A stretch of 48,178 bases of DNA, taken from a virus (taxonomy: Duplodnaviria; Heunggongvirae; Uroviricota; Caudoviricetes). Under the pieces are notes generated by a model that saw only the letters and a program-made list of their open reading frames with translations, did no database searches and was not told the origin of the DNA. The position numbers and the translations under genes were made by a program. The stretch spans positions 64,001 through 112,178 of the IMG/VR virus record IMGVR_UViG_3300031853_000008. One strand, given 5' to 3'. Shown one piece after another: positions 10,659 through 26,200 of this stretch. How positions within the stretch are numbered: the stretch's first letter is position 1; each line of letters begins with the position of its first letter.

Positions 10659-11237
10659 ATGGTAATAAAAATATCTATAAGACGAAAGATGGATAAACTA
10701 ATTAAAGCCGTGAATGATGTTAAAGCCATCGTTCAATAGCACGATAGATTAGAATCAAAGATTATTCAGTCATTAAATGAAAAATACAATACTTTAATTG
10801 GGAAATAGTTAGAAAGAATTGCTGATAATGCGGTTGATAATTTCTATGATGCTTACACGGATAGGATATACGATCCATCTATGTCATTAAAAGACGATGT
10901 AAAGATATTCAACACAAATAATAAATGGGAAATACAATATGGCCCATTTTCATCCAAACGCCATTATACTGATACAAGACATTGGAAAATAAGGAATGAA
11001 ACAGCAATCTATTATAATGCCTTTGTTCAAGGAAACCACGGATTTCCTTCGGTTGACGGTAATTTTTTTATTCCGCCACATTCGGAACCTCCGGCAACAT
11101 ATATAGACAAAAATCAATAGCCAGTAATCAATGAATATATTGATAAAATTAATAATGACTATCAAATTGAAGTTAACGCTATGTAGATGAAACTTTTGGC
11201 GAAAATGCAAAAAATTGTAGCGAGAATAAGGAGTTAA
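10659..11237 (+). CDS. Putative tail/neck-associated protein (192 aa)
   Basis: GGGAGG RBS, ATG 10659, four TAGs, TAA 11235-11237. Contains FYDAY...YD and QGNHG motifs seen in genes just before tape measures. Confidence 0.55.
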
Positions 11238-11238
11238 T

Positions 11239-14200
11239 ATGGCGAACGAAAATGGACATATAAATGCGGGCAAGACAGGTAATTCATTTAGCGATGCGGC
11301 AAATGCTGTTTTGGCGGAAATTCAAAATGCTGCGAGTCAATTGAACCAACAGACTACAGTTAAATTATAGGGGCTTGAACAACTTAAAGACTTCTTTAAT
11401 AAAGGATTTGCAAAACCAATCAATGCAAAAGTGAAGCCAGATTCGGAATATTTCAGAAAAGGAATGCGCCAAGCAATACAAGCGTCTGATACTGAGTTGG
11501 CAAAAATGGTTGATAACGCCTAGAAAAAAATTTTGGCGTTGGGGAAGTAGACTGACAAACAGGCGCAGAATGAAATAAAAGCCCAAATAAATCAGCAGCT
11601 TGGTTAGATATAGGCTTTAGGTGAAGCAAACTTTAAACTTAGGGACAAATATAAAGTCAAAACTCCCGGGGATAAAAGAGTATGGTTCTACGGAAAAGAT
11701 AACTAGGGTGGTCTTATTGACAGCTATATTGAAAGAGGTTTCAATCCGTCTTATGTAGATTCATTTACTGGGAAAAGGCTCAGTAAAGAAGAACTTACAC
11801 AAAAATATATAGATAGGTCATAGGGAACATTAACTCGTGAAAATATTGTTGCAATTGCGAAGTCGATTCCTAATGACCCGGAGAAAAAAGACAGAAGAAG
11901 ATATCCTAGGTTTATGGAAAATGGAGTTGAAAAGGTATATGACCTTACAACTTAGTATGACAAAGTATTCGAAAAACTGATAGATAAGACAAAAAAGATG
12001 ACAAACCCTGTTTATATAGGCGATAATAAATCGGGGCAAGTTGTCGATAGTGCTTTTGGTACTGGGCGATTAGCAACTAATGATCTTTATGCCTACGAAG
12101 GTGGCCAATAGGGAGATTATCGCAGTATCTCAATTATTGATTTAGATTCTAAAAAGATTCCCACACTTGATGTAAGTTCAATTTCTGACAGTTTTTTAGG
12201 ATAGTTTACCCCTGTTTTCAATAAAGCGGTATAGAAAGCCGCATCCGCTAATGGGGGCTTAAAAACAAAAGATCTCCCGCCCGAACTTGACAAATGGATC
12301 AAGACTTTCAAGTTAAGCGATGCACAAATGACGGCGTTAGTTAACAATATCGCTTTACATCCAGTTGACGGGGAACTTCCTATCAATAGCTTTTATCGGA
12401 AACTGAATATCGGAGCGATAAGTTCTGCTAATAGCATTACTTCTGGGAATACCGCATTTGGAGTGGATCAGCCTGAGGGTGGCGTGATGATAATGCCTGG
12501 GGCAGATACTTCAAAGCTTACAAGGATAGAAGTTTCCCCCGAATTAGCCAAGGTAGCTAATGGGATGCTTCTTAGTACAATTGCTTCGAATAAGGTATAT
12601 AGAAGTAAAACAAAGTCTGGAAATATCTTCTAGGACGATGAGTTTATAGAAAACCAGTAGGCTCTACGAGAATAGCAACAGACCGAAGGAAGACTTACGG
12701 TCGATAATACAAAAGAACTTAGAAAACAATTAAATGAAATAAGGAATAAAAAAGATGCTGATTTTCCATAGAAACCTGAACTTGAGCCTGTCGATCTAGA
12801 CACGGGAAGAACAAGCAGAAAACAAAAATAGAGGTTTTTAGCGTTAAACAGTAAAATTCTTGATTCCGCTGCTACCAATCTTACTTTATCAGAAGCACAA
12901 ATAAAGAGTGACAGATAGCTTAGTGATTCATTAAAAAGACAATAGGATAGAAATCAAAAAGATCTTTAGAGGCAACAAAAAAAAGTGGCTACTCCGCCGA
13001 AAAACAAAGAAAGAAAACTTACAAAAGAAGAACAGCGTCAAAAAAGTGCGTAGGAGTTGGAGTGGCTTCAAGCATATGAGTCATGGTATAACGACGGAAT
13101 AAGAGAAGAGGAATTATCAAAAGAACATCCAGATACTTTTCCCCCTATAACAGCATAGGAGTGGAGACAAAAACATTTAGGTGAACGCCCTGGTAGATAT
13201 GTAAACGGGAAGCTTCAAAATTTGGATTGGCTTAAATAGAATGGATACGCTGTTCCTACGGACGAAGCAATTTAGGCATATCATTCATAGCTTTAGTCAA
13301 AAAGAAAGGATTTACAAAAAGTTCAAGACGAAGAGTTTGAAAAAGCAGAAAGATCTTTGCAAGATAAAGCAGATAAAGCAGCTGATACTGCGAGAAAAAG
13401 GGCTGAAAAAGCTGGTATTTCAGGGATTGGGCAAGATGAAGCTGCTGAGAAAGCCAAAAGAGATTATATCTAGAAACATGGATATGATAAAGATATGTAT
13501 GATGAGTTTCTTTACGCCCGTGGAAGATATTGGACGAAAGATGACTTAAAAGCTTATTCAAGAAGGCATCCATAGGTTGGGGATGCAGATGACTCATGGT
13601 GGGCAGTTCAGAATTATACAATTTCCGATGATTTGGTGGGACCCGCTCTTCCAAACGGAGCAAAAATCGGTACAAAAGCTAATGCAAATAAATATTTATC
13701 GGCCACTCAATTGATTCAGGCTATTCAAAAAAGCAGTGAGTTCCAGGATTCAATTGCTAAAGGTATAGCTGGGATTAATGTCGAATGGAGTTAGAAACAG
13801 CAAGAGGCTTTTACACAAGCTAGTACCGTCGCCCAAAGTAAAGGTATTGAAGCAGCGCAAGCTTCATATAAACAGTCTATATAGGACAACGAAGAATCAA
13901 CCGCTGCTTTGAACAAGGCGATATAGGCATTCAAAACTGGATTCTAGCAAGCTACACCGACTTAGTACGATGCCACCACAAAAAGTTGGCTAACGAAGGA
14001 ATAGATTGAAAAGGGATTAAGCCCCACTCCTCCGTAGCCACAGCAGCCTTAGAACGAGAATCCACCCGCTCCTGCTCCTGCTCCACAACCCGCAGCTCCT
14101 CAACAGTAGGAGAAGCCAATTGACACGACAAAGCAATTAAGGCATGGGGATTTTCAAAGATTTCTGAAACAGAACGAATAGATTCAGTCCCTTATTGAAG

Positions 14201-17200
14201 AAGATGCTAAAATGCTGGATTCTGAACAGGCGGCATCCTGGGGAATCGTTAAGAAAAACAAGTATCGCTCCGCAATATCACTTGCACAGGCGCAAGCAGA
14301 AACCGACACATATGACGAATATTTATCGCAGATCAGTAATGGAATTACCCCTGAACAAGCCTTAAAGAACGCTCTTCCTAAGTATAAGGAAGTGCATACA
14401 CAATACTCTCCTACGGAGTATGATGAACAGAATAATATCTGGAAGACAGCATCCGGGCTTAATTCTTTAAATACCGCTATTGGGAATCTTGGCAACTCTG
14501 CGGAATAGGCGACAGGATCAGTGCAAGGTGCGGCAAATGCCCAGTCGGGACAGGGGGCACAAGGTGGGCAACCCCAACTGAATGGTCAGCCATCTCATAA
14601 TAATAACCCTGTTCCTGTTACTGTACAGGCTGGTGAATATAATACTCCGAATTCGAAATCTATTATTCTTACCCCTCAAGCAAATGGACAGATTTACGAT
14701 AATTCTTCTCGTGTATAGGAGTTCAAGAAAAATTATACTGGGAAGAAGGTAGGAAACGCTACAACGCTTGGGCGAATGCTTGCAAATGCAGATTTCATGA
14801 ATGATACCGCATGGTACAATGAAATCTACAAGGAAGTTGAAAAAGCTTATAAACCTCTTACCGATAAGAAATAGATTTCTAAGTTTAAGTCTGATCTGAG
14901 GAGTGGCGTTAAAGCAGAGGCAGAATATTTAGGTCGTAAGCACGTTGAGGGTGCAGACGAGGCTACAGGGAAGACACTTACTTCTAGAGTTGACTCTGTT
15001 GTCAGCACTGTAATTAATAGTCTAAGTGGAATTGCTCCTGCAGCGGAGTCGGCATCAAATGCACTTAAAGATACTGGAAATAACAATGGTGGATAGGGTG
15101 CTGATACTTCTGAACAGAAGTCTCAAGGGAATGCTCCTGCTCCCGCTCCATAGAAATAGGAAGAACCGCCCAAAAAGAAAGAACAAGTAAAGCCAAAAGA
15201 TAAGATAACAAAAATAGCTTCCTTATAGGAATTGTAGAAAGAATTGCAGCAAAAAATAGATAAGGGTGAGAATCCTGCGAACGCCTATGGGAAACTTTTT
15301 GCGTATCATAAAATTCATGGTAACACAGATGAATTTAATAAGATTTCAGAACAAGTCAAGGCAAAATATACGTCGCTTCCAGAATAGGAAAGAAAGAAAT
15401 TCCAGAATCAGTTTCTTGGTGGTGGGACATCTGAATTTAAACAAATGAATTTAATAAGATTTCGGAGCATGAAGGATGTCTTTAATCCCCCAGAACAGCA
15501 GGAAATTCGACAGCCGAGCTAGAATGCATCTGGAAACTTAGATAATTTAAGGGATTCTATTAATGGGGTTGGGCAAGCAGCATAGGACACCACTCCGAAA
15601 GTTTAGAAAAAAACTGAAGATACTCAATAGGGAGAACCTACACCTTCTGCTCCTACTCCAACGAAAAAGAAACAGAAGAAACAACTTACTTTATAGGAAA
15701 AGGCAAATGCTAATCGCTTACTTAAGAATTCTGAGATCTCAGAGGCTGCGAAGCAAAACACTGCTCTTAACAATCGGGTTAAAGAACTTAACGACTATAT
15801 TGACAGGATCGATAAGAACAAAGAGTCGTTAGGATATTTTAGCGAAGATATTGGCAAGTTCAGAGAGGATATTATTCACGCGCAGGAAGAAGCACAGGCT
15901 CAATTCGAACTTACATACGAAGACCAGAAAGGTAAACCTCGCGCAATTCCAAAAGAAGTCTATAAAAATGCTTAGAAACAGGCCTTAAAGTAGTTTGAAG
16001 GAAATATTCCACAAGAAATTGGAATAGTCATTAACAAACTTAACAACACATCTCCTGCTGTTGACGCTGAAACATAGAGTATGCGTCAAGCGGCTGAAGC
16101 GGCAAAACAAAAGGCATAGGCAGAAAAACAAAACGCTGATGCTACGCAGGACGCAGCTGAAGCAAGCAAAGAAAACGCAGATGCTTCTAAATAGGAAGCA
16201 AACGCAGAAAATGCTCCGTCAGACAACACTCCGCCTGACGATAACGGTCGTCCAAAGAGAAAAAGAGGAAGACCGAGAAAAAACAAAGAAAAGAACTAGG
16301 ATCAGGACGCTCAAGAAAAAAATGATGGTAAGAAAGCAAAGACATATGCGGCGATATTATCTGCGGAAGCTCCAAAATATTATACGTTGGATGAGAAGGT
16401 ATCCAGGGGTAAGTATCTTAGTGCTTTACAAAAGTCAGAATATGCTAAATACAATCCGTATTTTTCAGCCCTCGATATGACTGATAATGATTTTGGTAAT
16501 GCTCTTCAGCTTGCTATTACACGAAAAGAGAATAATTAGAATCTTTCAAGATCCGAACAGGCTGTTCTTAATATTGATAATCTTAAATTAAGAAATAACG
16601 AGCAGCTTTCTAGTTCTCTTGATCTTAGTAAGACTGCTGCGTATATGAAAGCAGTTGGGGATTAGGCAAAATCGATAAAACAAAAATTTGAAAGCATTAA
16701 TACCGATAATTATACTGGAGCAATGGTTAGCGGTTTCCAACAGATTATTGCAGAAGCAGATGCTCTTATTTAGAAACTAGATGAACTTCAACAGAAGTAT
16801 GACAGAGGATAGGCTATCACCGATGATGATATACAAAATATTGTCATTGGCGGAAAGAATTTAAGACAATCTGCACGGGAAAAAGATTTTAAAAAGAAAC
16901 GGCCATAGAATAAGCGCGTAAATAACGGAGAACTTGAAAATTATATCAGATAGGTCGAACAATGGCAAGCCAACAACACTGCTGGGAAATATGCTAATGG
17001 CATGAACATTGATGCTCGTCTTAACAGGATGAGACAGATGCAGCAGAATGGGACGTACAACAGAAAGTTTTATGATGAGGACAAAGCCTATATCAATACC
17101 CAGGAAATTGATCAGATGAAACGTGGGCTTGGGGGCCTTAGTGTTGGGACAAAAATTCAAAACAATATGAAATCCCTTGTTGCCCAGCTCTTCTCTTTCT

Positions 17201-20200
17201 CATCATTTTATCAAATCGTAGATGTTCTGAAACAGTGTTATTCGACTGTCAAAGACCTTGATTCTGCTCTTACCTAGATGCGAAAAGTCTCAGATGAATC
17301 GGTCGCTTCTCTTCAAAAGTATCAAAAGGAAACGTTTGATATTGGCGACCAAATCGGCACCTCTGCCCTTTAGATACAGCAGTCAACGGCTGATTGGATG
17401 AGACTTGGCGAGTCATTTGAGGAAGCTAAGAAATCCGCAAGGGAAACGAGTATTTTGTAGAATGTATCTGAGTTCGAAAATATTGATGACGCTACTAAAG
17501 CTATGGTATCAGCTTCTCAAGCGTATAAAGAAATAGCTAAGTCAGATATTGTAGATAAGCTAAATCAAGTTGGTAATACTCAGAGTATTTCTACTTCCGA
17601 ACTTGCTACTGCTCTTCAGAATTCTGCATCGGCATTGAAAACGTAGGGCAATAACATCGATCAGGCTCTTGCATTGATTACTGCGGGTAACACAACCGTT
17701 CAAAACCCAGGTAAGACTGCGACTGGGCTTAATACGATTGCAATGAGACTGGCAGGAACTGAATAGGCTAAGAATCAACTTGCGTAGTCAGGGGAAGATA
17801 CATCGGACTATATCATTCAGACAAAATCTAAGCTTGATGCTCAAATCAGAAAACTCACGGCAGATGCTTCTAACAACTTTAAGGGAATTAGTCTTCTTGA
17901 TGAAAACGGCAATAATAGAAGCACTTTTGATGTCTTGAAAGATATTTCAAAAATATATGAAAATCTTGTAAAGACAGATAAAGAGAAAGGCACTAACAGA
18001 GTTCCAGCACTTCTTGAATTGATTGCAGGAAAGAAACAGGCGAATATTGCCGCTTCTATTCTTCAAAACCCAGAGGTATTGGAAAATGCTTATAATGAGT
18101 CCGCAAATAACTCAGAGGGGTCCGCTCTCAGCGAGAATGAGAAATATCTTGATTCTATTGAAGGTCGTGCTAATAGAATAAAGAATGAGATTACGGAAAT
18201 TTCTGCGAATTTTATGAAGACTAGAGATGTCAAGCTTGTCATGTCTATTCTATAGAAAATTCTTGATTTCGTTAATGCTATCACAAAAAGTGTTGGGGGA
18301 CTTGGAACTGCTATTTCTCTTGCTATAGGGACAAAAAGCTTCCTAAATAGCGGAAAAGGATGGGCATTCCAATGGAATCAACTGTCAGACGGGACGAGAA
18401 CATTGTCTGCATTCGGGCAAGCATTGCTTGATTTTTCATCCAACCAGAAAAAAGCCAAAGTGGCAATTGATAGCACTTCATAGAGTTTCAAAGGAATGGC
18501 AGCAAATGAACAGCTTGCTGCGAATAATGTAAGCGTTTTTGATATTTTTAATAAGCAAAAGGCTTCTACTCCTGAATCAGGTTAGACTAATTCTAATGTT
18601 GCGAAAGGAATGTTAAAAGGTCTTGGCGGGATTGGAGCTAATATTCTTGGTTCGCTTGCGTCAGGCGTCTTAAACTTTGGCATTAGTGCACTCTTATCAG
18701 CAGGAATTAACCTTATTCTTAATGGGATTATTTACAACTTACCGTCTGAAATTCAGAAACGCGGAGATTAGGCAGCTTCCGATATTCAGAAATCAATTGA
18801 GTCATACAATGAGAAGAAAACTTCTGCCAACAATCTTCTTTAGAAATATCAATAGAATCTTGGTGGGGTCAAAATCAGCAACAACAAGATTTAGAATTTA
18901 TCTCTTACTCAAGAGCAATATCAGGAGTTTCTTGATACAAACAGATAGCTTGCTTCACTTTTCCCAGAACTTGTTACTGGGACCGATGCTCAAGGGAATG
19001 CAATTGTAAACCTTGGAAATAATGCTGAAGAGGCAACAAAAAAGATTCAAGGGCTTGTAGATGTTCAAAAATCTGAGACACAAGAATAGATAGAGGACAA
19101 GATAGACGCTTCTGTAGAGGGAATGAAAAGTAAACAGAAGTAGATTGAACCTGAAATCTAGATCGCTCAATAGGAATTAGATGCTATTAAACCGTATGTT
19201 GGCTCACATATGGGCAATCATGTAAAAATATATGACAATGGGACATTTCAATTCGATAGCGGGAACGCTTCTGACGCTTATACAGAAGCACTTATGCAAA
19301 TAGCGAAAGAACAAGGATTATATTCAGATGGTTCATCATTAGAAGGAGCTGGTTATTTCTATGACAAGTAGGGGAATGCTCCAAGTGAAAAAGCCTTAAA
19401 GAAATTGCAATACGCTATCAGGCAAGATAATAGCGTGGCGGATATTCTGACGCAGCAAAATTATAATGAGAAAGCTTCCCAACTGTCTCAATACAAGAAA
19501 CAGCTACAGGCGGCAAGCAAGAAAGTAGGGCTTAATGTAGATGCCTTATTCCAGACTTCTTTCTATTATGACACCTATACCCCGGAAATTCAAAATCTAC
19601 TTGACAATGTCTTAAAGAATATTGATTACTCAAGCTTAGACTATACGGAGTTTGGAGATTTATCAACTTGGTTATCAGATGGTTTTATTAAGTCTTTTAA
19701 TACTGCTATAGCATAGGCAGAAAGTCATGGGATTGACGAAAAAGATTTTGCTAAACAGTTGAATGACTTAATTGATTTAGATACATCAAAGTTAAATGCA
19801 AAACAAATCAAAGATAAAATCCAAAGTGCTCTGACATATCTTATCCCAGATGAGACGTTACGTAAAGACATTGAAGTGCAACTTGGTTATGTTGTTGTTG
19901 ATTAGGATGGAAAACCTGTCACTAATGATAAGGGTGAATTTGTCTATAAAGCATAGCAAAAAGCTGATTAGGCACAAGATGTTCTTTCTCAAATCAAGGG
20001 GAGCAAATTGTCTGCCGATTTCGCTAAAGGCTTAAATCAAACGCAACTTGATGCTATTCTTTCTATAAGAGATGAACACGGAGGGGCTGTAAATAATTAT
20101 ATTGATACCTCTAGTGATCAAGCTGCTAAGAAGAGTCTTGACGAATATGCGAAGCGAGAAGCGAATAAGAAGCGTACAAACAAATTTAGTAGCCTTCTTG

Positions 20201-23200
20201 GCATGACAGAAACTGAACCAGAAACATTGTCTGATAATATCGCACAAACTGCAAGTTCTGTTAACACTTTAAATAACGCAATTCAAGAATTTAGTCTTGG
20301 GGAACTTACCCCAGATAGCATGGCTGAATTATCAGGAAAATTCGCATAGCTTGTTGGATTTACTGGTGATTGGGGATAGAAATTAAAGGGAATCAAAAAT
20401 GCGAAAATAATGTATCTTATTAAAGATATCATTAATTAGGCGCAAACAGGTGACTTATCTCCAGAGCAGTTCTCTAAAGTTCCGGCTTATATCGCTCAGA
20501 TGATCCAATTTATGGGAGGAATGTAGATATCCTCCGTTCAGGCAAGTTCTCTGTTTACCGATATGGCTAAAGACTACGTTCCTGAAGGTCAAACGCCAGG
20601 GGAACGTATACTGTTTATCGGCAAAGTTGCAAGAGATAACCTAGATTTATTCGCTGACGAAGCAGGACGCTAGGCAGTATTGTAGTTGTCGGCAGACCCA
20701 ACATTGGCTGAAGATACTCTGGATCAGTGGTTAGAAAAAGTAAAAGCAAGAAAAGCAGAGGTCGAATTAGATATTGATTCTAGAGAAGCGGATAAGTAGC
20801 TTGAAAAAATTCAGCATGAAGCTGAAAACATTACAAAAACCAAAAATTATGCTTCATCTGGAATAGAATATAAAGAAGCATCTGGACAAGTATTGTCCCC
20901 AGAAGATTATGATAAACTCATTGAGCAGGACGAAAAGCTAAGAGACAAAGCACGAGATGAAGCTAGGATAGCCGGGCAAAAGATTAGCAAAGCAAAAACA
21001 AAAAAAGAAAAAGAAAATGCACAGGCCTAGTACGACTCAAAAATGGCGGATGTCAATCAAGCTAATACAACCCTTACAAAAGACCAACAAGCCCAATCTG
21101 ATGCATAGCTGAATGATGAAATCAACACATTAAATCAACTTCACAGTGCCGCACAACAGGCGCAAGAGGTAGTTGATAATCTTATAAAAAACACAGGAGT
21201 CGCTACTAAATAGAGTTATAAAACGTTAATTGATAACGCTAATGCCCAACTCTCTTCTTTATAGGTTGAAAGAGAAAAATACGAAAACGATATGTAGTCG
21301 TCAGAAAAAGGAACCGAAACCTATACTGAGGCACTTAAAAATCAGACTGATACAATCCAAGCAGAACAGCAACTTTTATAGCAGATTCATGAATGGCAAA
21401 AATCTCAGAATGAGATTCCTCTTACTCAATATCAACAATCATATCGATAGATACAGAATGAAGAATCTGAGATTAATAATCAAATTACTGCAGCCGAAAC
21501 AAAAAGGCGAAAAGTATCAGTAGGAACATATAAAGATTTAATTTCTAATGGGAAAAAAGAATTAGATAATCTACAGCATCAGAAAGATGAACTTGAGAAG
21601 TTAGTAATGACTGCGGGGAATCAAGTAGATAAGCTTGATTATCAATAGAAACTATCAGATGTAGAATCTAATATTTTTTCTGTACAATCCAAGATTCAGG
21701 GATATTCTGATACTTTAATATCATTAGTGTCTACAGCAGCGGCGAATCTCTCCTCTGCTCTCTCTTCTGCACTCGACGAAGTTAACTCTCAGACTGGGTT
21801 GACCACAGATACAATACACCAACTTGAATAGGCGTTTTCCGACCTTAATGGGATGGATGCCTCTACCCTCTTCTACCAGTCGGCGGACGGCATGAAACTG
21901 AATGCTGATGCAGCGGCAGACCTAATTGAAAAAGAGTATCAACTCAGCGCAATGGATCTCCGGAGTAACATTGCAGAACAGAACAATATTATAGAGCAAA
22001 GCACTAACCTCACAGAAGAAAATCGTAATGCAGTTGTGTCGGCGGCGCAGGATAAGATTTCTGCTTACCAGCAGGAACTTGCGCAGCTTCAAGCTAATTA
22101 TGATGCTCAACAGGACGCTCTCTCCGGCTATCAAGCATGGCAACGGGCACTGTCCAGTGAGAATCCAGGCAAGAGATACGAGGACATCCAGGGGGCGTTG
22201 AAGAACGTCAAAGAGTTATATGATAATGGTGAAACTGGGACAGACGATTTCCGTTCCTATGTTTCTATGCTTGATTCATATGGGCGAGATTCAGTAAAAG
22301 CCTATTAGGATGATATTGCGACTTGGGAGAAATATTTTACAGAAGATACTTCTGGAGTTTTTGCATTCATGGATGACCTTGTGGCTAAACATTATGGGAC
22401 CTATAATGAGCAAACTGGTTATGCTCTTGATTTCAGTAATGTGGATCAAGCCGCAAAAGATGTTAATCTATCTCCTGAAACATTCAACTATATGCGTGAT
22501 CGCACTAAAGACCTTGGGGCACTGGATGTTACTGTTGAATCTACTACGGATGGAATGGTTCAACTGGCAGAAGCTACCAAACAAGCCATAGATGAAAAAG
22601 AACGTCTCAATCGAATGAAGGTTGAAGGGGCTGACGCTGATGCCTTAAAGGATCAACAGAGCGAAATTGTTGAAGCTGAAACAAGAATCAATCTTATTCA
22701 GCAGAATATGTAGAATGTCGAAGCCCGCGAGGGTAAAGTGTCAAGTAAACAAATCGAAGCAGTTAGACAGAATCTTCTTACACTTGATACTATGCGTCAA
22801 CGCGCCCAGAATGGTGTTAAGGGGTATGACCTTAGTACTATTGAAAAATAGATGACAGAACAGGCACAGTCTATTGGAATCACTCTTGACAATTTTGAGG
22901 TTAAGAATGGGGCATTAGACAAAGCGATTAAAGACGCTATGCCTGACTATGAATAGCTTAATGTCGTCCCGCAAGTAAAAAATACCAATGTTGACTAGGA
23001 GCATGGATATAACGAATCCCTTATTGGCGGGGATGAAGAGAAGCAAAAAGCGTTTGACACCGGGCTTGAAAAAAGCAAGAGCGCATTTAAGTCGGATAGT
23101 GAAGGGCTTCAGGAATATATCGATACAATCAATCAATTCCCGAAAGAAGATCTCGAAAAGATTCAGATGAGGGACGGGAAATATGATGAAGGATACCGCA

Positions 23201-26200
23201 AAGCGGAATAGGCTCTTGACGCTATTGCTAAAAAGTGGGAACTTTCGAAAGAACAAGCTGAACAAATTGTCCCAATTCTTGAGCAAATGGGGCTTATCAG
23301 TGGCGGAGAACAATGGTACGAAAATAAGAATCTCCCACAATTCAATGGGTCAACTGGCACAAGCATAAATAACTATTAGAGTTGGCGAAAGGATATGGGA
23401 ATTGTACAAGGGTCGGGTGATTTTGACCTTAGTACAATGTCAGATGAACAAGTAACAAACAAACTTGCTTCTCTCCAATCCAATCAGAAAATGATGATGG
23501 AGCTTGGGCTTGATGACACGCCCGCTAAGAAAGAACTCGATAGTTTAATTTCCGAAGTACAAAAAGAACATGAATTCCGTGTAAAGATGAAGACATTGAC
23601 TGATAGTAGCGGAAACTCTATCAGTGCAAATGAACTCTTAAACATGGATAAATCTTCCAGAGACAAGATTATTTAGTAGCAGCTTCATATCAAACCCGAT
23701 ACCGCTGAATATGACGCATTTATGCAGCAAGTGACTAACCATTCAGCAGTACAGGAGATTCAGACTCATATCGCTAGTGGGGATCTCACAATAGAATAGG
23801 TGAACCAAATGTTAACATCTGGAGATGTTAGCAAGATGGTTGATTTAGGCATTAACCTTGAAGGGGCTGACCTTGATACAATTAAGAAAATGCTGAATGG
23901 GGAAGGCTCAACTATGACTGTTGAGATTTCTACAGGGCAAATGGATGAATTAACTGGGGCTATCTCAGCTGGTGTTGACACAAATGAAGCGCAGAAAAAG
24001 ATTAAAGAAGTCAGCTAGATGGCTTCCCAATCCAAACCTATGATGCATATCAAAGGGGATAATGCTGATGTTAGACAAAAAGCCACGAAAGCTAGCAGAG
24101 ACATTTCTAATATGCAGCCACTTATGCATATTTATGGTAATAATGGGCAAGCATTAAATTCCGCTGAGACGGCTAGAAAATCAATTGCCAACAATCCGGC
24201 ATATATCAAGATTCATGCATTTACTGGAGGTCTTGGGACTGAGATTAGCAACGCTCTTGCCGCAAGAGAATTCCATGTAAGGGTACATGGAGATGTCACA
24301 ACTGGCGGGGTAGCTACTGGCACTGCAAACGCTAGAGGCGGAAAAGCATTTAATACTTATGCTACTGGAACACAGGATTGGGCTATTCCAAATGACCAGG
24401 TTGCGATTGTCAATGAACTTGGGAATGAATCTATCATAAGAAACGGTAAGTGGCACAAGATTTCAGGCGGGGCGCACTTTGAGAATCTTAAGAAGAATGA
24501 CATTATCCTATCGGCTAACCAGACTAAGGCTATAGAAGAAGCAAAGGCTTATGACAAAGGGACTATTAGTTCATACGCAAAGGGTTCTAAAAAGAAGGGG
24601 ATTTTCTCAAGAATTGCTTCTGTTATTTCTAATGTCATTACTGGGAAATCCGCAAATACGAAAGAATACAATAGTTGGAAAAAAGGATTAAAACAAGACG
24701 TTGATTATGTTAAGAGCAAAGGCGTTGACCCAAATAAACATCAGTATGGAAATATTGATACGAATAATCGTCAAAAGATTCATTGGGATAATAAGACTCT
24801 TAAGAAGAATAAGAGTGCTTTACAATCCTGGGAGTTTCAACGTGACGAGCAAGGGAATCCTATCAGAGATGAAAAGACTGGAGACTTTGTCTCCCGTCCT
24901 TGGAATGACATAAAACAAGATTTTAAGGGAACTGACTCTACTGTTTATGGTGCAAGCGGCGAACTTTCCAATGGGCAGCAAGTTGCATTCTCTCCCATCC
25001 AACAGACTAAGAAGGGTGCGGTTCTGTTAGACAGACGTGCCGTGTATTCCTATCTTGAGGATATTGCAAAGAGGGCAAATGGCGACCCGAAATAGATGTA
25101 TCGTCTTGATAAGAGAGAAAAGAGCCTTATTGCCGATATAGGAGATACAGCTGAATTAACTGGATAGATGATGCACTGGACTGGTTCTACGAGCCAGATT
25201 GGCGAAGATATCCGGGAAATGCTTAAGTATGCGAAGTTATCCGGGAAATCTGGTGAAGCTAACAGTTTGCTTAAGCAATTAGGATTAGCCTATGCAGAAG
25301 GAACTATTCCGTCCTATTCTAAGGGTAGGAGTATGGGACTCGCATATGCTAATGGCGGTGCGGTGGACGAGAATGGCTAGGCGCTTGTCAATGAAACTGG
25401 CGAGGAATCCATTGTTCGTAATGGCAGATGGTTCAAGATTCCGGGTGGGGCACATAAAGAAAAACTCAAAAAGGGAGATATTGTGTTCGATGCCAAAAAG
25501 ACCGAAGAACTTCAGAAATATGGAAAAGTTAAATCTGGAGATAAACATGGTCATGTGGCATACAATGATGGTACTGCCGATGATGAAGATTTTGAATAGT
25601 TTGTAAGTGGCTCTATCCCAGCTTATGCTACTAGTAGTGCGTCAAACAGATTTAATCCAAAAGCCCCCCACACCCAAGGAAAAGCATTTAAGAACAAAAA
25701 GAGCAGTAAAAAATCTGGTAATAAAAATAAAGGCAAAAACAAAAACAAAAATAAAGCAAAAAACACAAAGAAGGCTTTTGATGAATTCAAGTAGTGGCTT
25801 GGCGATCTCTTTGATTGGGTCGAAGTCCGGCTTGACCGTGTAAAGGCTCAGATTGATCTTGCAGCTCAAAAATCGGAAAATGCAATTCTTTACCAAAATT
25901 CTACAGCCGCGGCAAAGAACCAACACGTTAATACTGAAATCGCACGGACAAGAGACCTCATTAATGATAACACTATCGGGGCGCAGACCTATCAAAACCA
26001 GGCAACAAAAGTAGCGAATAAAGCTGTTGCGTCTGGAGTGATCAGCCGTTCCAAGATGAACAAATACATTGAGCGTATTAAGTCTGGTGACCCAAGGCTT
26101 ATTGAAGATTTGTATGCAGAGTATGGCAATGATTCTGATAAAGCCGAGAAGATCAAGACGATTATCGATGGGTACAAACAGTGGTACGACAAGTCGCAAC

